Source: Thermoplasmata archaeon
GTDB taxonomy: Archaea > Thermoplasmatota > Thermoplasmata > Lutacidiplasmatales > UBA184
DNA: 36,127 bases
NCBI GenBank assembly: GCA_030040865.1
Contig: JASHSX010000013.1
Location: forward strand, 1 to 36,127
Direction: 5' to 3'
Below, in pieces: positions 1 to 9,451 of this stretch. Numbering within the stretch: the stretch's first letter is position 1; each line of letters starts with the position of its first letter. Position numbers and translations under genes: made by a program. A model generated the notes under the pieces. That model saw only the letters and a program-made list of their open reading frames with translations, had not been told where the DNA came from and did not search any database.

Positions 1-3000
1 GGCCCGTCGACCGGGACGCCCTTCAGGTGGATGCGGAAGATGTCGCGCCGCGCGGCGAGGTCCGGCGGAGGCACGTAGAAGATCTTGTCGAAGCGGCCCG
101 GCCGGAGCAGCGCGGGGTCGAGGGTCATCGGCCGGTTGGTCGTCGCGATGATCATGACCTTGTCCTTCGGCCGCAGCCCGTCCATCTCCGTCAGGAACTG
201 GCTGACCGCGCGCGAGACCTCGGGCGTGCGCATCGACTCCTTGCCCGCGAGGGCATCGATCTCGTCGAAGAACACGATGGACGGGGCGTTCTCGCGCGCC
301 CGGTAGAGGACGTCGCGCACCGCGGCCTCGGACTGGCCGGCGAGCGCGCTCACGAGCTCGGGGCCGTTCACGATCTGCATCGGCACGTTGAGCTCGTTCG
401 CGGCGGCCCGCATGATGTGCGTCTTCCCGCAGCCGGGCGGGCCGAACAGGAGGATCGCGCGGCCGGTCTTGATGCGGTAGCTCTCCATGAGGTCCGGCTG
501 GGTCAGCGGGAGCTCCACGTACTCCCGGATCGCCTGCTTCGTCTCCTCGAGCCCGCCGACATCGTCCCAGCCGACCACGACCTTGCGCTCGGTCCGGACC
601 GACTGGTGCATCTTCCGCTCGTAGTCGAGCTTCATCGTCTCGTACTCCGCGATCATGCGGAGCGAGATCGACGGCTTGACGCGCGGCAGCACGGTCAGGA
701 AGTCGGCCATGGTGATCGGGGTGGTCGCGCCGCCCTCGTTGCCGCTCTCGATCTGGCGCCGGACGGCGACCGTCGCGGCCTCGCGGACGATGTTCGCGAG
801 GTCGGCGCCGCTGAACCGCTCCGTGCGCTTCGCGAGCTCCTTGAGGTCGATGTCCTTCGAGACCGGCCGGCCCGCGAGGTGCACCTGGAGGATCTCGGCG
901 CGCTCGACGATGTCGGGGGGCGGGACGTAGATGATCTTGTCGAGGCGGCCCGGCCGCATCAGCGCCGGGTCGATCAGGTCGGGCTTGTTGGTGGACCCGA
1001 CCACGATCACTCCCGACGACTTGTCGAGACCGTCCATCTCGGAGAGCAGGATCGAGAGGAGGCGCGGCGTCACGTCGTCCGCCGTGTACATGTCGCGGCG
1101 CTTGGCGATCGAGTCGATCTCGTCGAGGAAGAGGATCGTGGGCGCCCGCTCGCGGGCCGTCCTCAGCATCTCGGCGACCCGATTCTCGCTCTCCCCGTAC
1201 CACTTGCTCATCAGGTCGGAACACTTCGCGCTGATCATCTCGACGCCGAGCTCGCTCGCGAGCGCCTTCATCAGCATCGTCTTGCCGCACCCGGGGGGAC
1301 CGAACAGCAGGATCCCCTTGGGCGGGTCGAGCTTGAAGCGGGTCGTGACGTCCTTGCGCATGAGCGGGATGATCATCGACTCCTTGATGTCCGCCTTGAC
1401 ATCGTGAAGGCCGCCGACCATCTCGAACGTCACCTTGTTGCTCTGCAGGCCCTTCATCTCGGCCACGCGCGTGCCGACGGACGAGGCGCCCATGCGGCTC
1501 GTGAAGTACGACTCGAAGGCGTCCCGAATCACGAGCGAACCCGCGACGGCCGTGAACATCGCCGGGATGAACAGCAGCACGACCAGCGCCGTCCAGTTCG
1601 TGTAGCCCTGCAGCACGAAGGCGACGAGCGTGACGCCGGCCACGGTGCCGCCGCCGATCACCGACACCGAGGTCACGCGGTCGCTCGTCTGGAACGTGCG
1701 GTCCTTGAGCAGCGTCACCGCCAGCCAGCAGGCGAAGCACCAAGCGCCGATCTCGATGAGCGGGAGCGCGAGGCCCCCGAGCCCGCTGCTCCCCGCTCCG
1801 AACGAAGAGAAGTCGGGGCTGACGACGTTCGCCCACGCCGAGCCGATGCTCGTGAACGAGAAGTACGGGATCGGCAGGGTCGGGAGGAACGCCGCGGAAT
1901 GCCCGGCGATGAGGCTCGGTCGACCGGAGCCGCTGGGCCCGACCAAGTACCCCAGGACCGGGAGATTCCCCAACGTGACGAACAGCGAGATGAGGATCCC
2001 GCCGGCGACGGCGATCGCGATCCCGAGGTACAGCGAGAAGACCAAAGCGACGATGACGGGGACGACGAACGAGATCCCGATCGGCGCCAGGAAGAGCGCC
2101 AGAAAGACCCCGACGCCGAACTTGAAGTCCATCATCGCGGCGAAGAGGATCGGCAGGGCCGCGAGGAGGAAGACGAGACCCATCGCGCCCGACTGGTACC
2201 CGACCTCGGGCACGACCAGGAGCACCAGCGCGAGCAGCGAGAGCTGCGGGAACCGCCAGGCGATCAGCATCACCGCCGGGGTGATGATGAAGATCACGTA
2301 GGGCCACGGGTAGAACGGCTCGAAGAAACCCCCGAAGAGCGCGAGCGCGCCCATGACCCCGATCTCGAGAGGCTTCGGATCCTTCGTCTGAGCCCGGATC
2401 CACTTCTCGATCCGTCGCGACCAGAGGATCGCGCCGACGATGCAGAGCGCTCCCAGCGCCGTCAGGAAGTAGAAGAGGTCGTCATAGAGCGGCGCCGGAT
2501 ACGCCTGGATGTACTGGGGCCCGATCGCCACCGCGCTCGGCCCGCTCGCCCCGGTCGCGATCGCGTTGTTCGTCGCGTCGGCCTGGGCGTCGAGCGTGAG
2601 GTACGTCTGGCCGGCGTACGGCCCGCCCGGCAACTTCTGCTGGACCACCGTGAAAGTGAGCACCGCCACGTGCCCCGCCGTGATCCAGGTGGGATCGCCC
2701 TGGATGGTGGCGAAGAGGTTCGCCGCGAGCGTCGAGTACTGCGTACGTTGGGCGGGCGCGAGCGACGCGATCGACGCGAACGTGAGGCTCGTCGTACCTG
2801 TGGTCGCACTGTACTGGACCTGGCTCACCGTGTCCTTGATCACGACGGTGTCCCCGGCGGCGAGCCCGCCGGAGGTGAGGTAGACCACCGAGAGCGCGTT
2901 CGAGGTCGTCATCTTGGCGCCCGAGCTCGTCAGGAACTGCTCGGCGGTCTGGGCGTGGACCACGTCCGGATAGAACGTCCCGATGAGGGCGACCCCGGTC

Positions 3001-3335
3001 CCGGCGAGGATGATCCCCGCGAGGAAGAGCGCCCAGAACATCCGCCGTCCCGCCTCGCCCTTCTTGGGGATACGGGACGTGGGGGGACGCCGCGGGGCCG
3101 CGGCCGGTCGGGCCGGGGCCTTCGCGACCGGCTTCGCAGCCGCCGGCGTGACGGCCGCTCCCGGAGCCGCGGCCGGGGCCGTCGACGCCGCGCCGGCGGC
3201 GGTCGGCGCGCCGGACGTGGCCGACGGGACGGACCCCGAGGGCGCGGAGGTTCCGGCCGTCGACGGACCCGTCGAGGGCTGCGGCCCCGAATCGTTCGGT
3301 AGGGAGGTGCTCTGGGTCTTCGCTGCTTCGCTCAT
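1..3335 (-). CDS. Membrane-embedded tandem AAA+ ATPase (Cdc48/p97-clade modules). Ala/Pro/Ser-rich N-terminus, one TM plus a ~170-aa external domain, roughly 10 more TM segments, then two AAA domains. 3' end lies outside the window.
   Basis: Translated by hand from ATG 3335-3333 (MSEAAKTQST...), open to base 1 (1111 codons). AAA1: VTFEMVGGL, GILLFGPPGCGKT (~1278-1315), ILFLDEIDS, STNKPDLIDPALMRPGRLDK. AAA2: VGWDDVGGL, AILLFGPPGCGKT (~420-460), IVFFDEIDA, TTNRPMTLDPALLRPGRFDK. Long hydrophobic tract ~1530-2480. Confidence 0.95.
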   Translation of the reverse strand, partial: MSEAAKTQSTSLPNDSGPQPSTGPSTAGTSAPSGSVPSATSGAPTAAGAASTAPAAAPGAAVTPAAAKPVAKAPARPAAAPRRPPTSRIPKKGEAGRRMFWALFLAGIILAGTGVALIGTFYPDVVHAQTAEQFLTSSGAKMTTSNALSVVYLTSGGLAAGDTVVIKDTVSQVQYSATTGTTSLTFASIASLAPAQRTQYSTLAANLFATIQGDPTWITAGHVAVLTFTVVQQKLPGGPYAGQTYLTLDAQADATNNAIATGASGPSAVAIGPQYIQAYPAPLYDDLFYFLTALGALCIVGAILWSRRIEKWIRAQTKDPKPLEIGVMGALALFGGFFEPFYPWPYVIFIITPAVMLIAWRFPQLSLLALVLLVVPEVGYQSGAMGLVFLLAALPILFAAMMDFKFGVGVFLALFLAPIGISFVVPVIVALVFSLYLGIAIAVAGGILISLFVTLGNLPVLGYLVGPSGSGRPSLIAGHSAAFLPTLPIPYFSFTSIGSAWANVVSPDFSSFGAGSSGLGGLALPLIEIGAWCFACWLAVTLLKDRTFQTSDRVTSVSVIGGGTVAGVTLVAFVLQGYTNWTALVVLLFIPAMFTAVAGSLVIRDAFESYFTSRMGASSVGTRVAEMKGLQSNKVTFEMVGGLHDVKADIKESMIIPLMRKDVTTRFKLDPPKGILLFGPPGCGKTMLMKALASELGVEMISAKCSDLMSKWYGESENRVAEMLRTARERAPTILFLDEIDSIAKRRDMYTADDVTPRLLSILLSEMDGLDKSSGVIVVGSTNKPDLIDPALMRPGRLDKIIYVPPPDIVERAEILQVHLAGRPVSKDIDLKELAKRTERFSGADLANIVREAATVAVRRQIESGNEGGATTPITMADFLTVLPRVKPSISLRMIAEYETMKLDYERKMHQSVRTERKVVVGWDDVGGLEETKQAIREYVELPLTQPDLMESYRIKTGRAILLFGPPGCGKTHIMRAAANELNVPMQIVNGPELVSALAGQSEAAVRDVLYRARENAPSIVFFDEIDALAGKESMRTPEVSRAVSQFLTEMDGLRPKDKVMIIATTNRPMTLDPALLRPGRFDKIFYVPPPDLAARRDIFRIHLKGVPVDG

Positions 3336-3369
3336 CGTTCTTCTCGTCGATCCCGGAGAGTCCGCGCCG

Positions 3370-5190
3370 TTACCCGAGCGTCACCCTCCGTTGTTCGGCC
3401 TGGGCCTTCGCCCGTCGTTCCCGGAACCACAACACGATCGCCGGCGCCGCCACGGCGACCGCCACGAGCCCCCCGACCTCACCGGCCTGGAGGCCCGGGA
3501 CGGCCGACCAGACGTTCGAGGGAAGGGCCGACGACGCGACGTCGAACACCAGCACGGTCGGTCCGGCGCTCGACACGACGATCGCGCCGGACGGGTCGTT
3601 GCCGTAGGCCGAGATCGTCACCGAGTAGGCCCCGTAGGCGAGCGGGAACGGAGCGCTTCCCCCGCCGGGCGAGACGACCGTCGCGAACCCGAGCGGGGTC
3701 CCGACGGCGGTCTCCGACCAGCTGCCGTTCTGGATGGTGAAGTGGAGCGACGGCAGGAGCTGACCGGTCGAGAGGTCGACCGCCTCGATGAACACGAGGC
3801 CGTAGCCGGGCAGGGGCGACGTCGCCGGGCCCCCCGACTCCGAGTACGAATAGTTCCCCGAGCTGACCGCCGTTCCGAAGATGTCCTTCGCGACCACGGA
3901 GAAGGTGATCGCCCCGCCCGACGGAAGGCCCGGCAGGACCGAGTAGGAGGTGTTGGCGTCGGCCGCCGTCATGGGGAGGAGGCCCGAGAGCGTCCCGACC
4001 GCGTCGTGGTAGACGAACGCGACCGCCGCCGAGGCGATCGTCACGTTCGGGAGCGGGGAGTGGACCGTCACGTTGACGGGATCGTTCGTGGGGAGCGTCG
4101 CCGTGCCCGTGAGCACGTTCGGGCTCGCCGACAGCACGAGGTTCGCATCGAGCCCGCGCGTCGGATACCACCAGCCGCCTTGGGACGTCCAGTTGATCGC
4201 GTAGTCGCTGCTCCAGATCGGGTCGACCTCCCCGCCCGACCACAGCGACCAGGCGACGATCCGGAAGTGGAGGGTATCTCCGGCGTACGGCCCGATGGGC
4301 GCCGTCAGATTGACCACCGTCCGGTTCGACGGCGTGAAGTACTGGTTGAACGGACCGCCGGGCGTGGACCCGGTCAGGTTGAAGAACACCTCGGCGGCTC
4401 CGATCGGCGGTGGAGTGCCGCCCCCGGCTCCGATCGAGGTCAGGGTGATGTCGAGCGCCTGGTGGGCGTTCGGATCGTAGAGCGTGCCCGAGCCGATCGC
4501 CGACGGCGTGGTGCTGACGTCGATATCGTCGCCGAAGGTCGGCGTCGGCCAGGTCGACGCGACCGTGAACATCCAGGTCCAGTTGTCGACGATCCCACCG
4601 TAGTTGTACGGATTCGAGTAGGCGTTCGCGGAGCGGAGGGAGTTCGGGATCCCGACGCTCGAGTTCACCGTGACGTTGAAGTACACTTCGCTGCCGGGCC
4701 AGAAGTAGCGGAACGTGTTCAGGAAGAACGAAGCCTCGTTCGGCTGCGAGGGGGAGACGTACATGGGGAACAGGGCCGGGGTGACCGGCGAGAATCCCGA
4801 GACGGGCACCGTCTGGTTCCCCGCCGTGGGCCAGCCGGTCGCCCACAGCGCGATGTTCGCGTCCAGGATCGGTACGGTCGTCGAGAAGTTGAGCCAGATC
4901 CCCGGCGAGTCGCTCGGCAGCGTGTTCGAGCACGGCGCGATCTGGAAGGCGGAGTCGGAGAGGGCGGGATCCCCGACGACCGTGATCTGGGGCTGAAGGC
5001 TGACGAAGAAGTTCGAGGAATCCCAGGTCCCTCCGTTGGTCGGCGTGGGACACGAGGGGGCGGCTCCCGGGCTCACGGTAGCGCGCGGCCCCGCGGTCGT
5101 CGCGGACGCGCCGCCGACCGCGAGCCCCCCGAGGACCGGGATCGCGACCAGGGTCGCCACGAGCACGACCCACGCGAAACGGCCCGTCAC
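3370..5190 (-). CDS. Exported, C-terminally membrane-anchored beta-rich protein of unknown function (606 aa); paralogue of the upstream gene
   Basis: Part of track ORF 3370..5670. The GTG at 5190 overlaps the upstream TGA (GTGA) and opens a signal-peptide-like stretch (VTGRFAWVVLVATLVAIPVLGGLAVGGASA). S/T/N/P-rich body with many N-x-S/T sequons. Ends with a TM helix plus WFRERRAKAQAEQRRVTLG. Confidence 0.88.
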   Translation of the reverse strand: MTGRFAWVVLVATLVAIPVLGGLAVGGASATTAGPRATVSPGAAPSCPTPTNGGTWDSSNFFVSLQPQITVVGDPALSDSAFQIAPCSNTLPSDSPGIWLNFSTTVPILDANIALWATGWPTAGNQTVPVSGFSPVTPALFPMYVSPSQPNEASFFLNTFRYFWPGSEVYFNVTVNSSVGIPNSLRSANAYSNPYNYGGIVDNWTWMFTVASTWPTPTFGDDIDVSTTPSAIGSGTLYDPNAHQALDITLTSIGAGGGTPPPIGAAEVFFNLTGSTPGGPFNQYFTPSNRTVVNLTAPIGPYAGDTLHFRIVAWSLWSGGEVDPIWSSDYAINWTSQGGWWYPTRGLDANLVLSASPNVLTGTATLPTNDPVNVTVHSPLPNVTIASAAVAFVYHDAVGTLSGLLPMTAADANTSYSVLPGLPSGGAITFSVVAKDIFGTAVSSGNYSYSESGGPATSPLPGYGLVFIEAVDLSTGQLLPSLHFTIQNGSWSETAVGTPLGFATVVSPGGGSAPFPLAYGAYSVTISAYGNDPSGAIVVSSAGPTVLVFDVASSALPSNVWSAVPGLQAGEVGGLVAVAVAAPAIVLWFRERRAKAQAEQRRVTLG

Positions 5191-7217
5191 AGCGTCACCC
5201 GCTTCTCCTCGGCCTGCCGGCGAGACCGCACGCGCCGCCACCACGCGTACACGGGGATCGCCATCAGGCCGCCCGCGATGAGCCCGACGAGCCCCGCGAT
5301 CCCGAGCGCCCCGGTCGACGTGGTCGCCGGGGGGGCGGCCACGAGACCCGGTGGCGTGGCGTTGAGATAGAAGAGGAACGCGTTCCCTTCCTGGACCACC
5401 CAGTAGTCGCCGCCCACCTCGAGCGGTCCCCGGTTCGTGGGCACGTGCGGGATCGAGACGATGAGGCTGACGTTGCCGCCGGAGAGTCCCCCCGCGGGGA
5501 CCCAGAACGGATCGAGCACGGAGATCCGATACGTGGAGTTCGCCGGAACGATCGCGGGCGTCAGGACCTCGCCGCTCACGTTCGGGTAGGCGACGCCGTA
5601 GCTCGTCGGCGTCTCGATGTTGACCCCGTCCGAGAGGCCCGTGATCTGGACGTGGGCGCCCGAGACCCACGACTGCGTTCCGTTGTCGAAGACGTACACG
5701 TAGAAGAACGTCGCATTCCCGGGGAGGACCGGGACCAGCTCAGAAAACGTCGGGACCGAGAACGAATAGACGGACGAGACGTCCTCGTGCTGGACGAAAT
5801 CCCACGCTTCGACCGAGAAGGAGACCTGCGAACCGATCGGGAACGGCGGGATGACGCCGTTGAACACGGTCGATCGCTCGCGGACGAGGGGGAGGATCGT
5901 CGTCGCGGTCTCTCCGAGCGCCGGGTAGGAGAAGGCGATCGACAGCTGCGCGGCGAGGATCGAGGTCCCGGGGGCGATGCTCGTGAGCGTTACGGGGACG
6001 GCGACGCCCGGTGCGACCGTGGCGTTGGAGGAGGTGAGCACGGAGCCCGGCGCGACGGCCAGCGCGAGATCGTCCTGGAACACTCCGGTGCTGAAGCTCC
6101 CGTTCCCGCCGACGGTGTACGACTGCGGGGCGGTCGCGATGCGATCGTCGTAGGTGTCGTAGACGACGAACTGGTAGTCGACGGTCGCTCCCTGGATCTG
6201 CGCCCAGCTCGCCGGGAGGGTGATCGAGGTGACCGATTCGCCCGGAGCCCCGAGCGTCGAGCTCACCACCGACGAGCCGGGGAAGGTGAGGGTCTGCGCC
6301 TGGAGGACCGAGCCGTTCGGGGTGTACTCCTCCACGATCCAGTACGCGCGACCGATCGTGGCGTTGACGGGAGGCCCGTCGGCCGCGGTCGTGTTGAGCG
6401 TCGCGGTCACTGAGTCGTTCCAGTTCGGCGCCTGCGGGACGATGGAGACCCCGACGTCCTGGCTCGCCGCGCCGGACCCCGCGTACTGGCTCGAGCCCGG
6501 GTACGGCGAGTACGCCCAGGCCCCGGCGTAGGTGAACTGGAACGTGGGGCTCGTCCAATGGGTGAGGACCGATCCGTTGTACGTGTCGAACGCGATCCAC
6601 CAGGTCACGTGCATCCCCGCGTAGAAGTTGGGGGCCGAGCCGATCGCTTCCTGGGCCGTGAACTCGAGGTTGTACCAGTAGGGGTACGAGGCGTTCGCCA
6701 CCGGGTTCGCGGCGGGCCACCACCAGTGGCCGGACTTCGTCGTGTTGTCGGCGTGCCATACGTTGCCGGAGTAGACGCTGTAGTACGGGTTGCCGTTCCA
6801 GGAGACGGCGGTCACGTTGAGCTGCATGACCGAGTTGGGACCCGCCCACGGGCCCATCGTGCTGTAGTCGAGCTTCGTGTGCGACTTCACGTACAGATTG
6901 ATGTTGATCGTGGGGTTCGGCTGCGACGTGGCCACGTAGCTACCGGTCGGAGGGAGGATGTTCGGCTGGGAGGCGTTCGCCATCGAGACGCAGATCCCCG
7001 AGGCGATCGCGTAGCACGGCGGATTGTATCCGGACGACGGCGCGATCGCCGCACCCGGGTCGCTGTCCGACGCCGGGCGGGACGCGGCGCCGACCGGAGA
7101 GGAGGGGCCGGCGCCGAGGACGTACGCCGTGGCGATCAGCGTCGCGACCGCCGCAAGCACGGCGAGCCGTCCGGCGAGAGCCGAGCGACGTCCGCTGCGA
7201 TGCCGGATGCTACCCAC
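5187..7217 (-). CDS. Exported, C-terminally membrane-anchored beta-rich protein of unknown function (676 aa)
   Basis: Part of track ORF 5187..7676. GTG at 7217 has GGAGG ~10 nt upstream, then a basic plus hydrophobic leader (RRSALAGRLAVLAAVATLIATAYVLGA). Ends with a TM helix plus WWRRVRSRRQAEEKRVTL. Confidence 0.88.
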   Translation of the reverse strand: MGSIRHRSGRRSALAGRLAVLAAVATLIATAYVLGAGPSSPVGAASRPASDSDPGAAIAPSSGYNPPCYAIASGICVSMANASQPNILPPTGSYVATSQPNPTININLYVKSHTKLDYSTMGPWAGPNSVMQLNVTAVSWNGNPYYSVYSGNVWHADNTTKSGHWWWPAANPVANASYPYWYNLEFTAQEAIGSAPNFYAGMHVTWWIAFDTYNGSVLTHWTSPTFQFTYAGAWAYSPYPGSSQYAGSGAASQDVGVSIVPQAPNWNDSVTATLNTTAADGPPVNATIGRAYWIVEEYTPNGSVLQAQTLTFPGSSVVSSTLGAPGESVTSITLPASWAQIQGATVDYQFVVYDTYDDRIATAPQSYTVGGNGSFSTGVFQDDLALAVAPGSVLTSSNATVAPGVAVPVTLTSIAPGTSILAAQLSIAFSYPALGETATTILPLVRERSTVFNGVIPPFPIGSQVSFSVEAWDFVQHEDVSSVYSFSVPTFSELVPVLPGNATFFYVYVFDNGTQSWVSGAHVQITGLSDGVNIETPTSYGVAYPNVSGEVLTPAIVPANSTYRISVLDPFWVPAGGLSGGNVSLIVSIPHVPTNRGPLEVGGDYWVVQEGNAFLFYLNATPPGLVAAPPATTSTGALGIAGLVGLIAGGLMAIPVYAWWRRVRSRRQAEEKRVTL

Positions 7218-7297
7218 GGGCCTGTTCCCTCCGTCTAGCGGACCCTCGCCCCGGTGCGACCCGAGTTCCGACCGAACGTCACTTCGTCGACCTCCGA

Positions 7298-9451
7298 TCA
7301 CTCGAACCGCCCGAGCGACGGCCCCTCGACGGCCGCCTTCTCGAACTTCGATTGCATGGGACCCGCCTTCATGGCCATCTGGAGCGCGATCGGCCGATTG
7401 CGCATCATGACGCGGACGAACCCGGCCCCGAGGAAGCCGGCCGCCGTCGCCTGGAGCGAGACGTTGGCCGCGCCGACGTTCTGACCGATCCCGATCTGCT
7501 GGATCACGGGGACCGGGGCAGGCGCCGCGATCGGCAGGGCGGGTACGCCTCCCGGTGGGGGCGGCGCTCCCCCGCCCCCGGCCACGCCGGTCGGCAGACC
7601 TTGGACGTCCACGGACGCGAGCGGGAACGACTGGGTCACGACCGTGGTGTTCGTGTACGGAAGATAGTTCGCCCACGTGTAGAGGCCGTCGACCGCCGCG
7701 CTCCCGCCGACCGTGCAGAAGACAGTCGTGCAGGCGTCGACCGGGACCGTGCCGAGCGGCGGGCCGGTCGACTCGACGTTGAACGAGGCCGTCCAGGTAT
7801 CCCCGAGCTCGATCGAGTTATTGTTCGGGAACTTCGACCAGTTCCACGCGAGATAGACGAGGCTGCCCTGCTGGTGGAGCTCGCCCGGCGCGCACGCCAG
7901 GAACAGCTCGCCGTTGCGGTCGCAGGTCGTCACCAGGTCCAGGCTCGCGCCGGGCGCGAGGGCGATGTTCCCGAACGGCACGAACGTGAAGATCGGCAGA
8001 CCGGCCACCCCCTGCGCCAGGACCGTGTTCACCACGGGGCCGAATCCGATGTGGTCGATCGCATTGAGTAACCACGGATTGTTCAGATTCGGATTGTCGA
8101 GCGGTCCGTGGGGCACGAACTGGAGATTCCCCTGTTGACCGTCGGGGCACGCGAACCACGCCGGTCCGTCCCAGGAGCCTCCCGTGGCGGCGGCCATCTC
8201 GCAGCCGGCGAGCAGCACACGCTCCACGTTCTCCTGGATGATCAGCTGCGCCGTCGAGCCACCGCCGTCCGGCTCGTGGTTGGGCCACCAGCCGGGAGAC
8301 GTGGGGTCCGTCGGCGTGGTCCACAGATCGATCACGTCGATCGTGCACGTTCCCCCGATGGCGTTCGTGCACATCGGCGAGGTCCGAGCGAGCGCGGCGA
8401 TCGAGTCGTTCGGGTTGCCGTCCTGGCTCGTGATCCAGCCCTCGCAGTTCGGGCTCACCTCGCCGGAACCGAACGCGTACGACGGCTCGCAGGTCGGCGA
8501 CTGGCAGGCGGGGCTGAACAGGCTCGCCTCGGTCTGAGAGCCGCAGTAGGAGTAGCTGGCCCCGTAGTTCTCCGAGAAGCCGGGCGCCCTCGGCGCCGAG
8601 GAGGTCATGAGCACGATCACGTGGTGGGTGTTCGGGGACCAGTCGAGCCCGAACCCCTGGATCGTTCCGTACAGCTCGGTGATCATGTCGCTGTGGAGGA
8701 AGTTGTCGGCCATCCCCGAGTCGCAGTACGTCCAGCCGTTGTCGCAGGCGAAGAGGTTCGCCTTCACCTGGAGCGCGACCTGGCCGAAGTCCTGCACCGG
8801 CACGAAATCGGGAGTATCCACGTGGAAGGCCGGATCGTCCCCGTCGTCGATGTAGTCGTGGGTCGCGAACCCGTCGATGAGCGCGAACGAGACCGTGGTG
8901 TGGGGGTTCTCCGCCTGGATAGCGTTGGCGACCCGTTGAGCGTTGTACATCAGGAACTGCGGCCCGTTCGCCTCCTCGCACATCCCGTCGCTCGAGCTGC
9001 TCGTGTCGCAGATGTCGGGCCCGCACCCGCTGTAGCATCCTGCCCCGTCGTAGTTCGTCGTCTCCAGGATGAACGCGACCTGGACGGCCGGCCACGAGTC
9101 GGCGACCGGCGTCGGCGTGGCGGAGACCGTGACCCGGCTCTCCCCGGTGCCGGCGGCGCAGCTGGCGACGCCGTAGACGCAGATGCTTCCCGGGGCGGCC
9201 GAGATGCCGAGGTCCAGGTCGCCCGAACTGTTGACGGCGGGTGTGACCGACGGGCTCGAGGCCGGTGAGACCCCCGCCGATCCGGACGACGAACCCGCGT
9301 TCACGACGAGAGCGTTCGACTCTCCCATCGCCCCGACGCACAGCAGGGCGAAGATCCACCCGATCCCCAGGGCGAGGGCGATGCGACGCCCCCGGCTCCC
9401 CGGCGGTCGGATCCATCGGTCTCTCGGGCCCGGGCGCTGTGCCGACCTCAT
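7298..9451 (-). CDS. Exported Cys-rich protein with a degenerate von Willebrand factor A-like domain, Pro-rich linker and atypical C-terminal tail (717 aa)
   Basis: Part of track ORF 7298..11683. ATG 9451 overlaps the upstream TGA (ATGA). Leader RRIALALGIGWIFALLCVGAM. vWA-like strands VQVAFILETT, TVSFALID and WSPNTHHVIVLMTSSAP. About 20 Cys after the leader. The CDS is secure; the vWA call is by resemblance only. Confidence 0.8.
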   Translation of the reverse strand: MRSAQRPGPRDRWIRPPGSRGRRIALALGIGWIFALLCVGAMGESNALVVNAGSSSGSAGVSPASSPSVTPAVNSSGDLDLGISAAPGSICVYGVASCAAGTGESRVTVSATPTPVADSWPAVQVAFILETTNYDGAGCYSGCGPDICDTSSSSDGMCEEANGPQFLMYNAQRVANAIQAENPHTTVSFALIDGFATHDYIDDGDDPAFHVDTPDFVPVQDFGQVALQVKANLFACDNGWTYCDSGMADNFLHSDMITELYGTIQGFGLDWSPNTHHVIVLMTSSAPRAPGFSENYGASYSYCGSQTEASLFSPACQSPTCEPSYAFGSGEVSPNCEGWITSQDGNPNDSIAALARTSPMCTNAIGGTCTIDVIDLWTTPTDPTSPGWWPNHEPDGGGSTAQLIIQENVERVLLAGCEMAAATGGSWDGPAWFACPDGQQGNLQFVPHGPLDNPNLNNPWLLNAIDHIGFGPVVNTVLAQGVAGLPIFTFVPFGNIALAPGASLDLVTTCDRNGELFLACAPGELHQQGSLVYLAWNWSKFPNNNSIELGDTWTASFNVESTGPPLGTVPVDACTTVFCTVGGSAAVDGLYTWANYLPYTNTTVVTQSFPLASVDVQGLPTGVAGGGGAPPPPGGVPALPIAAPAPVPVIQQIGIGQNVGAANVSLQATAAGFLGAGFVRVMMRNRPIALQMAMKAGPMQSKFEKAAVEGPSLGRFE

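Noticed and set aside
1-9451. Reading the AAA plus vWA pair as a MoxR-vWA chaperone system, or the AAA as FtsH
   Set aside because: The ATPase has two classical-clade modules with the DPALxRPGR SRH, not a MoxR module. The vWA-like protein is exported, and no HExxH protease domain is visible in the window.
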